DNA from: Eledone cirrhosa
Lineage: Eukaryota
Direction: 5' to 3'
Assembly: GCA_964016885.1 (NCBI GenBank)
Contig: OZ024756.1
Location: 1,550,001 to 1,614,000 of the forward strand
Length of the DNA: 64,000 nt
Shown here: positions 61,501 to 64,000 of the stretch, one piece after another
Numbering within the stretch: the stretch's first letter is position 1
How the letters are laid out: each line of letters begins with the position of its first letter
The notes under the pieces: generated by a model
The model's database searches: none
What the model was told of the DNA's origin: nothing
Seen by the model: the letters and a program-made list of their open reading frames with translations, nothing else
Made by a program: the position numbers and the translations under genes

Positions 61501-64000
61501 CAGTGATCTGGTCCTCTATCTTGCTGTCTTCAGTACATCTATGAAGTGTGCAGTGTCAGTGATCTGGTCCTCTGTCTTGCTGTCTTCAGTACATCTATGA
61601 AGTGTGCAGTGTCAGTGATCTGGTCCTCTGTCTTGTTGTCTTCAGTTCATCTATGAAGTGTGCAGTGTCAGTGATCTGGTCCTCTGTCTTGCTGTCTTCA
61701 GTTCATCTATGAAGTGTGTAGTGTCAGTGATCTGGTCCTCTGTCTTGCTGTCTTCAGTACATCTATGAAGTGTGCAGTGTCAGTGATCAGGTCCTCTGTC
61801 TGGCTGTCTTCAGTACATCTATGAAATGTGCAGTGTCAGTGATCTGGTCCTCTGTCTTGCTGTCTTCAGTACATCTATGAAGTGTGCAGTGTCAGTGATC
61901 TGGTCCTCTGTCTTGCTGTCTTCAGTACATCTATGATGTCTGCAGTGTCAGTGATCTGGTCCTCTGTCTTGCTGTCTTCAGTTCATCTATGAAGTGTGCA
62001 GTGTCAGTGATCTGGTCCTCTGTCTTGCTGTCTTCAGTACATCTATGAAGTGTGCAGTGTCAGTGATCTGGTCCTCTGTCTTGCTGTCTTCAGTACATCT
62101 ATGAAGTGTGCAGTGTCAGTGATCTGGTCCTCTGTCTTGTTGTCTTCAGTTCATCTATGAAGTGTGCAGTGTCAGTGATCTGGTCCTCTGTCTTGCTGTC
62201 TTCAGTTCATCTATGAAGTGTGCAGTGTCAGTGATCTGGTCCTCTGTCTTGTTGTCTTCAGTTCATCTATGAAGTGTGCAGTGTCAGTGATCTGGTCCTC
62301 TGTCTTGCTGTCTTCAGTACATCTATGAAGTGTGCAGTGTCAGTGATCTGGTCCTCTGTCTTGCTGTCTTCAGTACATCTATGAAGAGTGCAGTGTCAGT
62401 GATCTGGTCCTCTGTCTTGCTGTCTTCAGTACATCTATGAAGTGTGCATTGTCAGTGATCTGGTCCTCTGTCTTGTTGTCTTCAGTTCATCTATGAAGTG
62501 TGCAGTGTCAGTGATCTGGTCCTCTGTCTTGCTGTCTTCAGTACATCTATGAAGTGTGCAGTGTCAGTGATCTGGTCCTCTGTCTTGCTGTCTTCAGTTC
62601 ATCTATGAAGTGTGCAGTGTCAGTGATCTGGTCCTCTGACTTGCTGTCTTCAGTTCATCTATGAAGTGTGCAGTGTCAGTGATCTGGTCCTCTGTCTTGC
62701 TGTCTTCAGTTCATCTATGAAGTGTGCAGTGTCAGTGATCTGGTCCTCTATCTTGCTGTCTTCAGTTCATCTATGAAGTGTGCAGTGTCAGTGATCTGGT
62801 CCTCTGTCTTGCTGTCTTCAGTTCATCTATGAAGTGTGCAGTGTCAATGATCTGGTCCTCTGTCTTGCTGTCTTCAGTTCATCTATGAAGTGTGCAGTGT
62901 CAGTGATCTCGTCCTCTGTCTTGCTGTCTTCAGTACATCTATGAAGTGTGCAGTGTCAGTGATCTGGTCCTCTGTCTTGCTGTCTTCAGTTCATCTATGA
63001 AATGTGCAGTGTCAGTGATCTGGTCCTCTGTCTTGCTGTCTTCAGTATATCTATGAAGTGTGCAGTGCCAGTGATCTAGTCCTCTGTCTTGCTGTCTTCA
63101 GTTCATCTATGAAGTGTGCAGTGTCAGTGATCTTGTCCGCTGTCTTGCCGTCTTCAGTACATCTATGAAGTGTGCAGTGTCAGTGATCTCCTCCTCTGTC
63201 TTGCTGTCTTCAGTACATCAATGAAGTGTGCAGTGTCAGTGATCTCGTCCTCTGTCTTGCTGTCTTCAGTACATCTATGAAGTGTGCAGTGTCAGTGATC
63301 TCGTCCTCTGTCTTGCTGTCTTCGGTACATCTATGAAGTGTGCAGTGTCAGTGATCTGGTCCTCTATCTTGCTGTCTTCAGTACATCTATGAAGTGTGCA
63401 GTGTCAGTGATCTGGTCCTCTGTCTTGCTGTCTTCAGTACATCTATGAAGTGTGCAGTGTCAGTGATCTGGTCCTCTGTCTTGTTGTCTTCAGTTCATCT
63501 ATGAAGTGTGCAGTGTCAGTGATCTGGTCCTCTGTCTTGCTGTCTTCAGTTCATCTATGAAGTGTGTAGTGTCAGTGATCTGGTCCTCTGTCTTGCTGTC
63601 TTCAGTACATCTATGAAGTGTGCAGTGTCAGTGATCAGGTCCTCTGTCTTGCTGTCTTCAGTACATCTATGAAATGTGCAGTGTCAGTGATCTGGTCCTC
63701 TGTCTTGCTGTCTTCAGTACATCTATGAAGTGTGCAGTGTCAGTGATCTGGTCCTCTGTCTTGCTGTCTTCAGTACATCTATGATGTCTGCAGTGTCAGT
63801 GATCTGGTCCTCTGTCTTGCTGTCTTCAGTTCATCTATGAAGTGTGCAGTGTCAGTGATCTGGTCCTCTGTCTTGCTGTCTTCAGTACATCTATGAAGTG
63901 TGCAGTGTCAGTGATCTGGTCCTCTGTCTTGCTGTCTTCAGTACATCTATGAAGTGTGCAGTGTCAGTGATCTGGTCCTCTGTCTTGTTGTCTTCAGTTC

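Larger units (their letters stand above)
1..64000. repeat. 56-bp tandem satellite array, about 1,143 monomers, running off both window ends
   Basis: Monomers start at 1, 57, 113, 169 and 225, then at every multiple of 56 from 280 onward. The printed layout recurs every 840 bp (lcm of 56 and 60) through line 63841. Most monomers differ from consensus by 0-3 substitutions. Consensus composition is A9 C12 G14 T21, with no CpG. It carries one GATC, one GGTCC and one GTCTTC per unit, and a polymorphic GTAC. Confidence 0.99.
39760..64000. repeat. Long-range duplication at offset 274 monomers (15,344 bp): about 39.8-48.66 kb copied at about 55.0-64.0 kb, continuing past the window end
   Basis: Markers pair at offset 15344: gtagtAtc 41059/56403, acatTtTtg 41937/57281, gtgaCct 42467/57811, gaTgtCtg 44351/59695, 46591/61935 and 48439/63783, ctGgc 46458/61802, ctgAct 47295/62639. 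Near the left edge the offset is 272 units (gtgGtc 40058/55290). Confidence 0.93.

Noticed and set aside
1-64000. CRISPR array
   Set aside because: There are no unique spacers: the entire 56-bp unit is repeated, with no leader or cas genes.
1-64000. Giant repetitive protein-coding gene (minus strand reads ...HRCTEDSKTEDQITDTAHFIDVLKTARQRTRSLTLHTS*)
   Set aside because: 56 is not a multiple of 3, so every frame meets TAG/TGA within three monomers. The longest consensus open stretch is about 42 codons on the minus strand, and the T48 allele adds another stop. The + strand has two TGA per monomer.
1-64000. Tandem tRNA, 5S, snRNA or miRNA cluster
   Set aside because: There are no recognisable A/B boxes, cloverleaf or long hairpin. 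The only inverted repeat has 5-bp arms, and the unit is too short.
1-64000. Telomeric repeat, G-quadruplex array or CENP-B box
   Set aside because: I saw no TTAGGG-type units, no G-runs and no TTCG....A..CGGG motif.
1-64000. Embedded transposon, inversion or unique sequence within the array
   Set aside because: Register and orientation are unbroken on reading through, and no non-monomer sequence was seen.
1-64000. Rolling-circle or sequencing concatemer artefact of one 56-mer
   Set aside because: Variants recur in ordered, hierarchically nested blocks with almost no indels, which random errors would not produce. Individual large duplications could still be misassembled.

Overview
The whole 64 kb window is one uninterrupted, head-to-tail tandem array of a 56-bp monomer. 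The consensus is aagtgtgcagtgtcagtgatctggtcctctgtcttgctgtcttcagt[a/t]catctatg, with about 1,143 copies, about 46% GC and a T-rich + strand. It looks like a eukaryotic satellite or macro-minisatellite, but I cannot assign a named family or organism. I found no protein-coding genes, RNA genes, CRISPR spacers or mobile elements. The information lies in the ordered point variants between monomers. These reveal nested higher-order duplications (offsets of 21, 33/34, 40, 44, 57, 142-245, 186 and 274 monomers), a recurring ordered cassette of variant monomers seen 21 times, two regional subfamilies, a chimeric monomer marking an in-register recombination, a clustered multi-base mutation and a short island of divergent monomers. 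The 56-bp register is exact from 280 to 64000, and the only indel I saw is near position 237. I see no evidence for a novel protein-based system; any function (centromeric, chromatin or regulatory) is speculation.
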